Of a stretch of DNA of 64,000 bases, positions 48,175-61,699 are shown piece after piece. Within the stretch, counting starts at the first letter, position 1. Every line of letters begins with the position of its first letter. The stretch is taken from positions 1,054,001-1,118,000 of the forward strand of contig CM059433.1 of the NCBI GenBank assembly GCA_030390025.1, in the 5' to 3' direction. A program made the position numbers and the translations under genes. Under the pieces are notes generated by a model. The model had not been told where the DNA came from, did no database searches, and saw nothing but the letters and a program-made list of their open reading frames with translations. The DNA is from Squalus acanthias (taxonomy: Eukaryota).

Positions 48175-48790
48175 GGTGTCAGCCGTGGCTCAGCACTCTT
48201 GCCTCTAGAGTCAGAAGGTTGTGGGTTCAAGTCCAATGTTCCCTTTAATTCTTTGTTGGGTGCACGCTCCCTTTAACGGGCTGCATGGCCCATTCAGATC
48301 GCCGCACGTGCGCGGTTTCTTTCTATTTAAGAGCCGGTGCGCCAGCTGTGTGGGACCTACAAACAGCTGTGCGGCTTAACGGGAACATTGTTCAAGCCCC
48401 GCTCCAGAGACTGGAGCCTGTAATCTAGGCTGACAGTTCAGTGCAGCAATGAGGGAGTGCTGCACTGTCGGAGGTGCCGTCTTTCAGACGAGACATTAAA
48501 CTGAGGCCCCGTCTGCTCTCTTAGGTGGATGTAAGATCCCATGACACTATTTGAAGAAGAGCGGGGGACTTCTCCTGGTGTCCTGGCCATCATTTATCCC
48601 TTAACCAACGTCACTAAAACAGATTATCTCGTCATTTAGTTGATTGTTGTTTTGGATCTTGCTGTGCACAATTTGGCTGCCACATTACAACAATGACTAC
48701 TCTTCAAAAGTATTTCATTGGCTGTAAAGCACTTTGGGACATCCTGAGGTGGTGAAAGGTGCTATAGAAATGCAAGTCTTTTTTTCTTTT
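48175..48790 (+). mobile_element. SacSINE1-like SINE with inserted MITE (copy at about 51017-51632)
   Basis: Same head, core and tail as 11760-12620. Confidence 0.8.
48234..48390. mobile_element. 157-bp hAT-type MITE (copy at 51076-51232)
   Basis: TIR CAATGTTCCC / GGGAACATTG; 8-bp TSD TTCAAGTC / TTCAAGCC. Confidence 0.8.
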
Positions 48791-51700
48791 TCTGCTAATA
48801 GAAGTGTAAAAATGTTCTTTTCATCCATTCTACGAATCAACTGATTGAAATTAATTGTTTAATTTGTCGGGAGCAATGTAATGCCTACTCCTATGAACTA
48901 TTAGGTGATTCATAAGCAACGTATGACTTCATTCGATGCAACTACTTGGTTCAGCATTATTTAAATAAGCTGAATTTTTGTCAGGGTTTCAATGTCTAAA
49001 GTGAAGGAAAAAACTCATTAATCAGCTAAGAGACCTCAATTGTCAAATTTGAGATTTTAAAAATTTCTGAGAAGAATATGCTACATGCAGGAATGAGATT
49101 GAACAGTTTAAATTGTTCCCCTTCTAGGCCGGAGAGGTTGATTTGCATTGCATTAACAATTATCATGTTGTTAAAAGTATACTTCTGCTCTTAATTATGA
49201 GCCCTAACTGCAGCGAGTTTAATGGGCAATTAATGTGCAAATCCAGCAAGTTCTTAAAAATAATGGGGAGTTTGATGGCGAGATAACGGGCTGGATTTTA
49301 CTCACCGAGACGCGTTGGGGGCGGGACTGCTGCCTTCCGGGTTCTAGTCCCACCCCCAGCGACGTCCGACGCACAGACACTATTTTCCCCTGATTGGCCT
49401 TGTTAAGCCCGCCCTGCAGGCTTGCTGGCCAATTAAGGGAAAGCTGGTGTCAGATGACGTCAGTTGATGACGCTTCATCTGCTGGTTTTCTTAAAGGCAT
49501 ATGAACCATAAATTTTTGACAGATGATTTCACAGTGTTTGACAGCATTGAGGTGCTGTCAAATACTGACAACCAGTGTACACAGGTGAGCCCTTGCACCC
49601 AGACTCTCCAGTGACTCTCTTCTTAGGATGAAACAGATGGCAGCTGCAGGTGAGGGTACAGAAGCGATCTGTCACTTCTCCCATTGAGGTGAGGCCACAC
49701 AAACACTTCAAAGCTGGTCACCTACAGAAAAATCTAAACACATTCAAAATGACATTCCCAACATTTCCTTACCTCTGATACTCACCAGTGTCCCATTGCA
49801 TCCCTCACACCACATCTGAAGCTGTCATCTATACACCTACATAACAACAGACCCTCAGCATGCCTCACTTACCCTGACGGGGTTCCCCGACATCGGGAAG
49901 CCAGCAGCAGAAGTCTAAAAATTGGAAAAAGCCTCTTAACTGCCTGTTAACTACCTGTTAACAGGCAGTTAAGTGGCTATAATCCTCTTCCCACTGCTAG
50001 GAGTCAGGTCCCTGCGCAAATCGGGGATCCGACTCCCGGGAAGATTGGTTGGAGGTGGGTTGGGAGCGGGTTCGGGACTTTCCCAGCAGTCCCGCCTCCA
50101 AACCCGCCTCCTCAGGGCTGGTAAGAACCAGCCGAACGATTTTGTGAGGCTAATGACGGAGTGGTGTAAATCAAGTCCTTCCTAAATGTCATGCACCCTT
50201 CAATATTCAGGTCCCAATCTATGTCATCATGCAGCCATGTTTCTGTAATGGCTATCAGATCGTACTTATTTATTTCTATTTGCGCGATCAGTTCATCTGT
50301 TTTGTTTCGAATGCTACGTGTATTCAGATGCAGAGCCTTTAGTTTCGTCCTTTTATTATTTTTGTAACCTCTAGCCTTATCTGTTGATTTACTCTTAGAT
50401 TTGTACTCTCTATCCCTTCCTGTCACGGTCTGTTTATCATTTCCCATATTAATACCTTTCTCTCTTGCCTTGTCTCTACTCTTTCATTTACCACATCTTC
50501 CCAAATTTGATCCATGCCCCCACTATTTAGTTTAAAGCCCTCTCTACCGCCCTAGTTATATGACTCGCCAGAACACTGGTCCCAGCACGGTTCAGGTGAA
50601 GACCGTCCCAATGATAGAGATCCCACTTTCCTCAGTACTGGTGCCAGTGCCCCAGGAATCGAAACCCATTTCTCCCATACCAGTCTTTGAGCCAAGCATT
50701 CATCTCTCTAATTTTATTTACCCTATGCCAATTTGCTCGTGGCTCAGGTAATAATGCAGACATTATGACCCTTGAGGTTCTGCTTTTTAATTTAGCCCCT
50801 AGCTGCTCAAACTCTCTCAGCAGAACTGTGATATGTTGTCTCAGCACGTTTGCTTGTGACATGGATGGCAAAACTGCTGTCTGGTTAGGTTGCAATGGGA
50901 CTGCAGTGAATATCTGAAATTGCATTCTGTACCTGTTAGGAGCATCACAGGAAATTCACTGGGGGTTCATGTAACTGAAACAAAGCTAAGCTAAGGGAGT
51001 GCGTGGTGTGCTGATAGGTGTCAGCCGTGGCTCAGCACTCTTGCCTCTAGAGTCAGAAGGTTGTGGGTTCAAGTCCAATGTTCCCTTTAATTCTTTGTTG
51101 GGTGCACGGCCCCTTTAACGGGCTGCATGGCCCATTCAGATCGCCGCACGTGCGCGGTTTCTTTCTATTTAAGAGCCGGTGCGCCAGCTGTGCGGGACCT
51201 ACAAACAGCTGAGCGGCTTAACGGGAACATTGTTCAATCCCCGTTCCAGAGACTGGAGCCTGTAATCTAGGCTGACAGTTCAGTGCAGCAATGAGGGAGT
51301 GCTGCACTGTCGGAGGTGCCGTCTTTCAGACGAGACATTAAACTGAGGCCCCGTCTGCTCTCTTAGGTGGATGTAAGATCCCATGACACTATTTGAAGAA
51401 GAGCGGGGGACTTCTCCTGGTGTCCTGGCCATCATTTATCCCTTAACCAACGTCACTAAAACAGATTATCTCATCATTTAGTTGATTGTTGTTTTGGATC
51501 TTGCTGTGCACAATTTGGCTGCCACATTACAACAATGACTACTCTTCAAAAGTATTTCATTGGCTGTAAAGCACTTTGGGACATCCTGAGGTGGTGAAAG
51601 GTGCTATAGAAATGCAAGTCTTTTTTTCTTTTTCTGCTAATAGATGTGTAAAAATGTTCTTTTCATCCATTCTACGAATCAACTGATTGAAATTAATTGT

Positions 51701-53949
51701 TTAATTTGTCGGGAGCAATGTAATGCCTACTCCTATGAACTATTAGGTGATTCATAAGCAACGTATGACTTCATTCGATGCAACTACTTGGTTCAGCATT
51801 ATTTAAATAAGCTGAATTTTTGTCAGGGTTTCAATGTCTAAAGTGAAGGAAAAAACTCATTAATCAGCTAAGAGACCTCAGGTGTCAAAGTGCATCATGG
51901 GAATGAACTTTATCCTGGCAAAACTGAGCTTGATTCCCAAGATACGTTATAGGCTTCCCAACATGCTGACAATGAGAGAGCACCATTGACTATCGACCCG
52001 TTTCACCTTGAGGGTACATTCCTTGTTACTATGGTTTTTGGTTTTCTAACACTGTACCTATATACCGTAACTATGTAACATCATTAGAATTTTATATATG
52101 ACACAAATTATTATAATTCTTTAAGACTAAATTAAGCCTTGAGAGGGTAGAATATTAGAGTACTAGACTATAAAGTAATTGCTTTGATTCATTTAATGGT
52201 GAAAATTTCTAATCCGCACTTTTTCAGATAGCATTTAACCAATGGCTTGCAGCGTATTGAAAATCTTAGTCTTTTTATTATTCTTATTTTTTTCATGCTT
52301 ACTTTCATAAGCATTAATAATTGTTTCTTTCTGTTGCGGCAATGCTATGAATAGTATTATGTGTGCTGTTGCTTTGGTAACTGAAATGAATGCAGACTAA
52401 ATGATTATGTTTCTGTTCTAGGTGTAAATAGCCTTGCCATTGAGTTCCTATTTAAACCCTGGTGCCAAGTTTCACCGACCAGTCTTGTGTCACTGGTCGA
52501 ATCTGGTCTATGATTGATGGTGTATTACTGCCTGTGACAGGTCATGGAGACACCCTCTGGATGTTTCTTTCTATAAAGCTCAAGGAAAACATGTAAAATG
52601 AACAGTGGAGAAGGCATCTGCACTCTTTATTGAATGTAGAGAACAGAGCCCAGTAAAAATATCTGCTTTTGATTAGACTGGATGTAGAGGAAGCGGCAAT
52701 TAATGTCATCTACTGTTGAATAGATTTTCTGAAAAGACCTCAGTAATGGAACACATTGCCTCGTTTACAGTTTGCAACAAACTATTTAATCAGAAAACAG
52801 AAGGTGACCGATCATCCATTGAAGGCAGTAACAGGCGATCTCTCAGTACACAATTAAATGATATCACATGGAGAAAACTGAGAATGAGTCAGGCATATGA
52901 TTAGGTCATAAACCTCTCATGTACTCTGGTTATATAATCGACAAAAATAAAACTTTTACACAAGGAAATCTGACAAAATGACAACGTTTTCCTTGTGTTC
53001 AACATTAATGGAAAAACGAATGTGAAGATTAGAACCATCAATAGATAATGGGTATGCAATTATAGTTAGTACGAGACCTTTACTGGATTGGGGAAGAGTG
53101 ATTGTGTTCCACAAAATATATTGAAGTGGTGCACAGTGAATGCTGTATTGCATTGTTACTGGAGAGTTATAGACACTTCTGTGTTGGATTTGCCTTTCAC
53201 CCTCCCCGACTCCCTGGACTTCACTGCTCTTGGCCCTTCAGTTTCACTCCCACTGCTCCTCGCTGCTCTGCTGGTATTGCAAATCCACTGGTGCGCACTG
53301 CTAACACCTGAGGCCACTATCCACCTCCACTGGACCCTGGACCAAGCTCTGCTGGCTCATGATTGACCCTCCACTCTTCCTGAACTCGCTATTTACACTG
53401 GACAACCTCCATCAACACCCCCACTGAAACTCTGCCCCTTAAACAGCTCTTGGATTCACTCCCTCACCACAACTGTCTCTGAACCGGGACATTGCTTCGT
53501 TGATGCTCCAAGCTAACTCTACCCTACCTACAAATCAACTTCATCCCACTATTGGACCTCAGATTTCAGGTTTGGACTCTCCCATACCGTCTCCTCTCTT
53601 TCAACTATTTACGACCAGACTCTTGACCAATTTTGGGTGGAAGACAGCTCTGCCAAATTTATGTGAGACCCAGGCGATAAAATAACCCAGGCTTCATTTT
53701 CGGCTTTCCACGGGAGTTTCCCTTCTGCCCTACAATCCCGCCTACTCCCAGTTTACTTGTATTTCAAAAAATTCTTTGTCCTATGAAGCATTTATAATTT
53801 TAATAAAAAGAATTGAATGCTGAGAATATGAAATAAAATAACAATTGTACTGTAAATGTACAGCGTGTCAATCAATATCTGAAAGTGAAAAGCATGTTAA
53901 CATGTTAACATTCTGATGAAATCACTCCCAAAATGTGAATCTATCTTTT

Positions 53950-54590
53950 TCTTTCAGATATTTACATTTGATAAGCTGCCACTTTAGAGATTTATGGCAA
54001 AGATAATGGTGCATGGAATTCAGGGTAATGTGGCCAAATGGATGAAGAGATGGTTGGAGAGCAGGAAGCTAAATGTAGGGGGTAAAAGTAGATTTCTCAG
54101 ACTGGAAAGAAGTGGTGAAAAATGTTGTATAGGGGACAGTCTTGGGGATATTCTTATTTATTATATAAATAAACGAATGATCTGGACTTAGGAGTTCAGG
54201 GGACAACATCAAGAATTGCCGATTACTTTATTTCAGGGCTATGCAAAATCATGATGAGCACTGTGAAAGATTGCAGGAAGCCATAATAAGCTAATAGGAT
54301 GGCCAGATAGATGGCAACTGCTGCTCAATGTAGAATAGTGTGAGGTAATACATTCCAGAAACAAGAATAGAGAAAGGAAATACACCTTAAATAGTGAAAC
54401 TTTAGGTGGCGTAGAGGAGCAGAGGGACACAGGTCAGGTGGAGAAAAAGTATAAAAAGGCAAATGTAATCCTTGCTTCTAAAGGCATTGAATACAAAAAT
54501 AAGGAGGCAATGCTGAACTTGTACAAAACTGTAGTCTGCGGTTAGCTTATTGTGTACAATTTTGGCACTCCATTATAGGAAGGAAATATT
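53950..54590 (+). mobile_element. Old, degenerate CR1 RT fragment
   Basis: HGIQGNVAKWMKRWL and GIEYKNKEAMLNLYK-like remnants. Confidence 0.65.
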
Positions 54591-54879
54591 GGCGGCCGCG
54601 TTTCCTACATTACAACAGTGACTACACTTCAAAAGTATACACTTCATTGGCTGTAAAGAATGTGAAAGGTGCTATACAAATGCAAGTTCTTTCTTTGCAT
54701 GTATTTTCTGATAAGCATTTTTAAGACAAACAAAAAGATTTGCATGAGCCTCATTGAAAGGATATGTTGAAGCAAGTGATATCTCATGCCGTATTTTATG
54801 AGTTCAGGAGATGTTCTACCCCCAGGGTGCACCTCACCCATATAAAACAGATGTGTGATAGGGAGCAGGCCACACCAAA

Positions 54880-56808
54880 ACAGTAAAAGGAGGCTTATGA
54901 CAAGTGTCAGGTTCATAATACAGTAGAGAACTAAGCTGAATACAGAAAGTACAGAGCAGAACTGAAAAAGGGAATAAGAGGGGCAAAGAGAAAGTATGAG
55001 AATAGATTAACAACTAACATAAAAGGAACCCAAAAGTCTATTAGAAACATATAAATAGTAAAAGGGTAGTCAGAGAAAAGGTGGAGCCAATTATGAATCT
55101 TCTTGTGGAGGCAGAGGGCATGGCTGAGGTACTAAAAGAGTATTTTGTATCTGTTTTCACGAAAGAGGAGGATGCTGCCAATGTCACAGTAAAGTTGGAG
55201 GTAGTAGAAATATTGGATATGTAAAAGTTGATGAAGATGAGGTACTTAAAAGGTTGGCAGTCCTCAAAGTAGAAAAGTCACCTGGTCCGGATGGGATGCA
55301 TCCTAGGTTGCTGAGGGAAGTAAGGGTGGAAATTGCGGAGACTCTGGCCACAATCTTCCAACCCTCACTACATATGGGAGTGGTGCCATAGGATTGGAGG
55401 ATTGCAAATGTTACACATCTGTTCCAAAAGGGGGAGAGGGATAAACCCAGCAATTAGAGGCCAGTCAGTCTAACATAGGTGGTGGGGAAACCTTTACAGT
55501 AAATAACCCGGGACAAAATTAATCGCCATTTGGAAAATAATGGGTTAAAAAATGAAAGGCAAATCTTGTTTGCCTATCTCGGTTGAGTTCTTTGATGATG
55601 TAATGGAAAGGGTTGATGAGGGTAGTGCAGATGATGTTGTGTATATGGACTTTCAAAAGACGTTTAATAAAGTACCACATAATAGACTTGTTAGCAAAAC
55701 TGAAGCCTGTGGGATTAAAGGGACAGTGGTTACATGGATATAAAATAGGCTAAGGGACAGAAAGCAGAGAGTAGGGGTGAACAGTTGTTTTTCAGAATGG
55801 CGTGAGGTATACAGTGGTGTTCCCCAGGGGTTGGTTTTCAGTCCACTTCTTGTTTTGATATATATTAATGACCTGCACTTGGGTATACAGGGCATAATTT
55901 GCAGATGACAGGAAACTCAGAAATGTAGTAAACCATGAGGGGGTTAGTAAAAGACATTGACAGACAGGTGAAATGGGCAGACACATAGCAGATGAAATTT
56001 AATGCAGGTAAGTGTGAAGTGATACATTTTGGTAGGAAGAATGAGGAGAGGCAACTTAAGCTAAATGGTATAATTTTAAAGGGGGTGCAGGAACAGAGAG
56101 ACCTGGGGTGTATGCACACAAATCTTTGAAGGTGGCAAGACAATCTGAGAAGGCTATTTCAAAAAAAGCATATGGGATCCTTGGATTTATAAATAAAGGA
56201 ATAGAGTACAAAAACAAGGAAGTGATGCTAAACCTTTATAAAACACTGGTTAGGTCTTAGCTGGAGTATTGTGTCCAATTCTGGGCACCACACTTTAGGA
56301 AGGATGCCAAGGCCTTAGAGAGGGTGCAGAGGAGATTAATTAGAATGGTACCAGGGATGAGGGACTTCAGTTACGTGGAGAGACTGGAGAAGCTGGGATT
56401 GTTCTCCTTAGAGCAGAGAAGGTTAAGGGGAGATTTGATAGAGGTGTTCAAAACCATGAAGGGTTTTGATAGAGTAAATAAGGAGAAACTGTTTCCAGTA
56501 GCAGAAGGGTTGGTAACCAGCGGACACAGATTTAAGGTGATTGGCAAAAGAACCAGAGGCGACATGAGAAAACATTTTTTTACACAGCGAGTTGTTGTGA
56601 TCTGGAATGTGCTGCCTGAAAGTGTGGTGGAAGCAGATTCAATAGTAACTTTCAAAAGGGAATTGGATAAATACTTGAAGGGTAAAAATTTGAAGGGCTG
56701 TGGGGAAAGAGCAGAGGAGTGGGACTAATTGGGAGCTCTTTCAAAGAGCCGGCATAAGCATGATGGGCCGAATGGCCTCCTTCTGTGCTGTATCATTCTA
56801 CGATTCTG
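54880..56808 (+). mobile_element. Degenerate CR1 ORF2 with 3' tail
   Basis: VYMDFQKTFNKVPH, QRRLIRMVPGMR, FFTQRVV; many stops and frameshifts. Confidence 0.9.
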
Positions 56809-57883
56809 TGACCTGCTTTGCTGTGCCTCTTAAAGCAAGGTTGCTGCTATTACATTGAGGTGCTGAAAGTGAACTGGCCTGCAATCCTGGACATCAGGTC
56901 AGCATCGTGCCCGCCGCAGATTGCGGGGGCCATGTCACAATGTCAGTATTTTACTGCAATGAAGGAATGCCTGCACCATGACAGGGTGCATCTCAGGTGT
57001 GTACTATAACCAACAGGTCAGAAAATCGGGCGGCCTCTCCCGCTTCAGGAAAAAGGAACCAAGGACCCCCGGAAAGAAATTAAAAGTGGCCCTTTTGTAT
57101 AGGGGGCATATTAAAAAAGTTTTAATTACCATCTCACCATGGGAGCCCAGGCCTGAAGTGGTCAGTATTCCTCCTTTCACTCAGTGTACTAGCCACCAAG
57201 GATACACCAGGCCTCTGAAAGGCCATGGGTGTGGGAAGGCCCGGGCTTGGGAGTCCCCACCCCTGACCCTGCCCCCCTCCAAATCAATAGCCTTGTTAAG
57301 GGCATATGGAGGCTCCCTGCCCCCCTCACCCCCCTCCCAACAAAGGGTGAGGCTCATATCCTCATGTGGCATCAGTTACTTCATGAATCCAGTTCCTGCC
57401 TCCTCATTTGGTTTGCTAGCTATTTGATTTACCAGTCACTTCTTTTGCCCACTCATACCTTGGAAAGGTTGGCAAAAAACAATTAAGCCTTACACTACCT
57501 TTAGAAAGGATATTAAAAACTTTTGTCCCCATATGTACCCACTTAGCTATAAGTTGCATTATCCCTTTAAATCCTGGCTACAGCTTTTTTTGTCTGGGAA
57601 AGTGCCGGATGTTTCATTCCCCCTTTGGCTAGTTCCCAGTATGAGGCCTAGTCCAGGTCCACAGCTCGTCATGCACATCAAATGGGGGCTGAACGTGAAA
57701 GCTCTGATGCAGTTGACTATTTCTAAATGGTGCGACTGCAAAGTTCCCTATGTACAGCCCAAGCACAGGTACTTGATAGTTTGCCTCTCTAAGCAGTCTG
57801 CTCCCACTTAGCAATTCGTTCATGATAGCCAGTGTCCCAAAGGTTTCCTCTGTAGTCACCTTCAGCACACTAGAATATATATT

Positions 57884-58647
57884 GGGCCAGAAATTCGGCT
57901 TTCCGGCTCCCTGCGGGTGCAAGCATCGCGCACGTACTTGCCTACCACGCCTGCTGTTGTGCTTTGGGCCCACGAGGACTTCGGGTCCTGGACCTCCTCC
58001 AGCTGCCTGGCGCGCAGTGCTTGCGTGTCCCAGGGGCGCAGTTAGTTCGAAGCATCCCCTGGGATCACGTGGGCCATGGAGAGCCAATCCTAACAGGGCA
58101 TTTTCATTCATAGATTTGACAGGAAGACCTGTCAAATCTAAAATAGAGATCGGCCCCAAAACCACACTTAAACTTCAAATAAATGTTTTAAAAAACATCA
58201 CATTTTTAAAATAACTATAAGTTACATAAATTAACTACTTTAAACAAAAATTTAAATTTTTGAAAAAATTAATTATACTTTTTAACGGTGCTAAAAATAA
58301 ACTTACCTTTCTTTAAAGTATCTAAAAAAGATAAACCTGTTGAAAAAATGTTTAAATTGTAATTAATTAACCACTTACCTTGTTAAAAACAGGCCTTGCA
58401 CCTCCTTTTTAAAAGTGCAGCTTTTCTATACTTACCCACCCGGAGAAACCTGAAAAAAAAACGAAGTTCGCTGCGTGCGCGCAGCCTCTCCCGCGCACGC
58501 GTTCGACTTCTGAACCCCTCCCTTCAGGGGAACGGAAGTTCTGGTTTCCCGCGCATGCGCAGTGCATGCAGGAAACCGGCACTTCAGGTGGCCTTACGGG
58601 TGAGTACACAGCGCGTACTCACCCGACAAGAGCCGAATTTCTGGCCC
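57884..58647. mobile_element. Harbinger-type MITE
   Basis: 17-bp perfect TIR GGGCCAGAAATTCGGCT; 3-bp TSD ATT; AT-rich core. Confidence 0.85.
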
Positions 58648-58674
58648 ATTATCTGACCCAGGCGATGTTTACAA

Positions 58675-60015
58675 GAACAACAACAGCAACTTGTATTTAT
58701 ATAGCACCTTTAACGTAGTAACATGTCCCAAGGCGCTTCACAGGAGCGTTATCAAACAAAATTTGACACCGAGTCACAAAAGGGCATGTTAGGGCAAATG
58801 ACAAAAAGTTTGGTCAAAGAGGTAGGCTTTAAGGAGCGTCTTAAAGGAGGAAAGAGAGGTAGAGAGGCGGAGAGGTTTAGCAAGGGAATTCTAGTGCTTA
58901 GTGCCTCGGCAGCAGAAGGCACGGCCGCCAATGGTGGAGCGATTAAAATCGGGGATGCACAAGAAGCCAGAATTGGAGCAGCACAGAGATCTCAGAGGAT
59001 TGTAGGGCTGGAGGAGATTACAGCGATAGGGAGAGGCGAGGCCATGGAGGGATTTGAAAACGAGTATGGGAATTTTAAAATCGAGGCATTGCTTAACCAG
59101 GAGCCAATGTAGGTCGTTTAAAATGATGAGGGGCCGAGATAGAATGGATAGGAAGGAACTATTTCCCTTAGCTGAAGGGTCAATAACCAGGGGGCATAGA
59201 TTTAAAGTAATTGGTCGGAGCTTTAGAGGGAATTTGAGGAGAAATTTTTTCACCCAGAGGGTGATGGGGGTCTGGAACTCACTGCCTGAAAGGGTGGTAG
59301 AGGCAGAAACCCTCATCACATTTAAAAAGTACTTGGATATGCACTTGAAGTGCCGTAACCTACAAGGCTACGGACCAAGTGCTGGAAAGTGGGATTAGGC
59401 TGGATAGCTCTTTGTCGACCGACACGGACAAGATGGGCCGAATGGCCTCCTTCTGTGCTGTAAATTTCTATGATTCTATAGGTCAGCGAGCACAGGGGTG
59501 ATGGGTGAACAGGACTTGGTGTGAGTTAGGTTATTGAGTTTTGGATAAGCTTAAGTTTATGGAGGGTGGAAGATGGGAGGCCGGCCAGGAGTGCGTTGGA
59601 ATAGTCAAGTCTAGAGGCAACAATGGCATGGATGAGGGTTTCAGCAGCAGATGAGCTGAGGCAAGGACAGTGTCGGGCGATGTTCCGGAGGTGGAAGTAG
59701 GCGGTCTTCGTGTTGGCGCAGATATGTGGTCGGAAGTTCACCTCGGGGTTAAATACAACACCAAGGTTGTGAACAGTCTGGTTCAGCCTCAGATAGATGC
59801 CGGGAGAGGGATGATGTTGGTGGCTAGGGAACGGAGTTAGTGACGGGGACGAAGACAATGGCTTCGGTTTTCCCAATATTTAGTGGGAAGAAATTTCTGC
59901 TGATCCAGAACTGGGTGTCAGACAAGCAGTCAGACAATTTAAAGACCGTAGAGGGGTCGAGAGAGGTGGTGGTGAGGTAGAGCTGGGTGTTGTCAGCGAT
60001 CATGTGGAACCTGAT
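58675..60015 (-). mobile_element. L2 LINE 3' portion interrupted by a CR1
   Basis: HAIVASRLDYSNALLAGLP; LHWLLVKQCLDFKI. Confidence 0.88.
59116..59478 (+). mobile_element. CR1 3' fragment with TSD TAGGTC
   Basis: TAGGTC at 59110-59115 and 59479-59484; TTCTATGATTCTA tail. Confidence 0.88.
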
Positions 60016-60040
60016 GTTAGCACTAAATTCCCCTAACTCA

Positions 60041-60811
60041 TGAAGCCGGATTTTCCGACCCCCACGGGTGTGTACGAGGTGTGTACGCGCCCGTAGGGGC
60101 CGCGCAAGTGCCGGTTTCAGGCATGCGAAGCACGTGCGCTAAAACCCGGCACTTCCAATCTGTCAAGAATCCTCTTGACAGATGATCCGCCTGCCCGGGA
60201 GAAGGGCCTCGGCGGGCAGAGAGTTCCGCTTTCTGCACAACTTCCATCCGCTGAAAACCTTTAAAAATCTTACGCCTGGTAAAAGCCTGGAACGGCCTGC
60301 TTTTACCAGCAGAAGAGTTTTCAAAAATTAAAATTAAATTTTTTTTTCACTCAGTTATAATTTTAAAATACTTTTAAAAAAGGTTAGTTTATTTTTAGCC
60401 CCATAAAAAAATTAATTATCTTTTTCAAAAAATTAAATTTTTGTTTAAAATATTTAATTAAATGTAATTTTAACTAATTTTAAATACGTGATTTTTAAAA
60501 TTTACTTATTTAATGTTTAGCTGTTTTTTTAAGTGATCCCCATTCATACTTTTGACAGATCTATGTGTACAGAACTGTCAAAGGTGTGAAGGGAGATTCC
60601 CTTCTTCCATTGGTTCCCCATGGCCCACGTGGTCCCAGGGACGCTTGCGAACTGCCTCCGCCCCTGAGATACCTGGGCCTCTGTGCATTTCGGAGAGCAG
60701 AGGCCCAGGATCGCAAGCCTCGGGACCTACGGAGCCGGCAGGTAAGTGCGTAGATTTTTTTCGATCGGAGGCATCCGCCCGCAGGAAGCTTCCGATGGGA
60801 AAATCCGTCCC
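60041..60811. mobile_element. MITE related to 57884-58647
   Basis: CGGATTTTCC / GGAAAATCCG inverted ends, AT-rich core. Confidence 0.6.
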
Positions 60812-61699
60812 ATTCTGTATCGCTGCCACGCTCAGTTCCTAATCCTTTGCGATACTGATGTATTACAGAAACTAGAAATCAAGTTAGTATTATTTTCTCG
60901 AGTGAAGACTTCCAGAAATTATTAGTTTAATATTTTAACCATTTCATCTTAAACCTCATTGTCACTTATATCTTTTAGAGTTTTAACTTCCTAAAGATTT
61001 CTCAATTTCTAGAGGTTTATATAGTACTGGTCTGCAGTTCTCCTTTAAAAATGGTAGAGTCACAGGAATTCAGATTATATGATATTTTTATATCAAATAA
61101 ATGAAAATGTTCAGCGAAAACAAAATAAACGCACAATTCTTTTTAATGATTTTTCTCCTGGGTTGCTCCCCGCAGTGACCTGGAGATTAATCTTCAATTC
61201 CCGGAGACTCCTGGACAATCCTGGACAGTTGACATCCCAAGTCTTGATTGAGCTCAAAATGTTAAAAACTTTAATCACCGGAAGTTTGCAGGCGACACAG
61301 ATCAGGCTCCGTCCTTCTGTTGAGTGGAGCTCTGTTCCAAGAGTAGAGCCTCGCAAAATTCACCCTCGTGTTCCAGGAACCGTTAAACTGCCAACCCACT
61401 GCGATTGCCAAGTCTGCTTTTGCCTTGCTGAATAGCAGATTTACATTAGCTGAGTCAACCAGGCAAATGCAAATTTTGTACTTTGTGGTCAACATAAAAT
61501 CTGGCAACCGAAGGTAAGTGCTCTTGTACATTATCTCCAAGTTCCCAGCAGATGCAAATTGCCAACCGTAGTGTGAACGAGATTATAGGGGCTGTTTATC
61601 AGAATAACCATTGATCTGGAACCAGGAAACTGAACTGACTCCGGCAGAAATGGGGTCAGTTGCTTTAAAATCTTGGCGATAATTTTCCGAGTTTTGCTT

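Larger units (their letters stand above)
46194..51889. repeat. Tandem duplication of about 2.85 kb (46194-49044 and 49045-51889)
   Basis: Collinear, near-identical copies, including duplicated ORFs 47269-47604 and 50112-50447. Confidence 0.95.
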
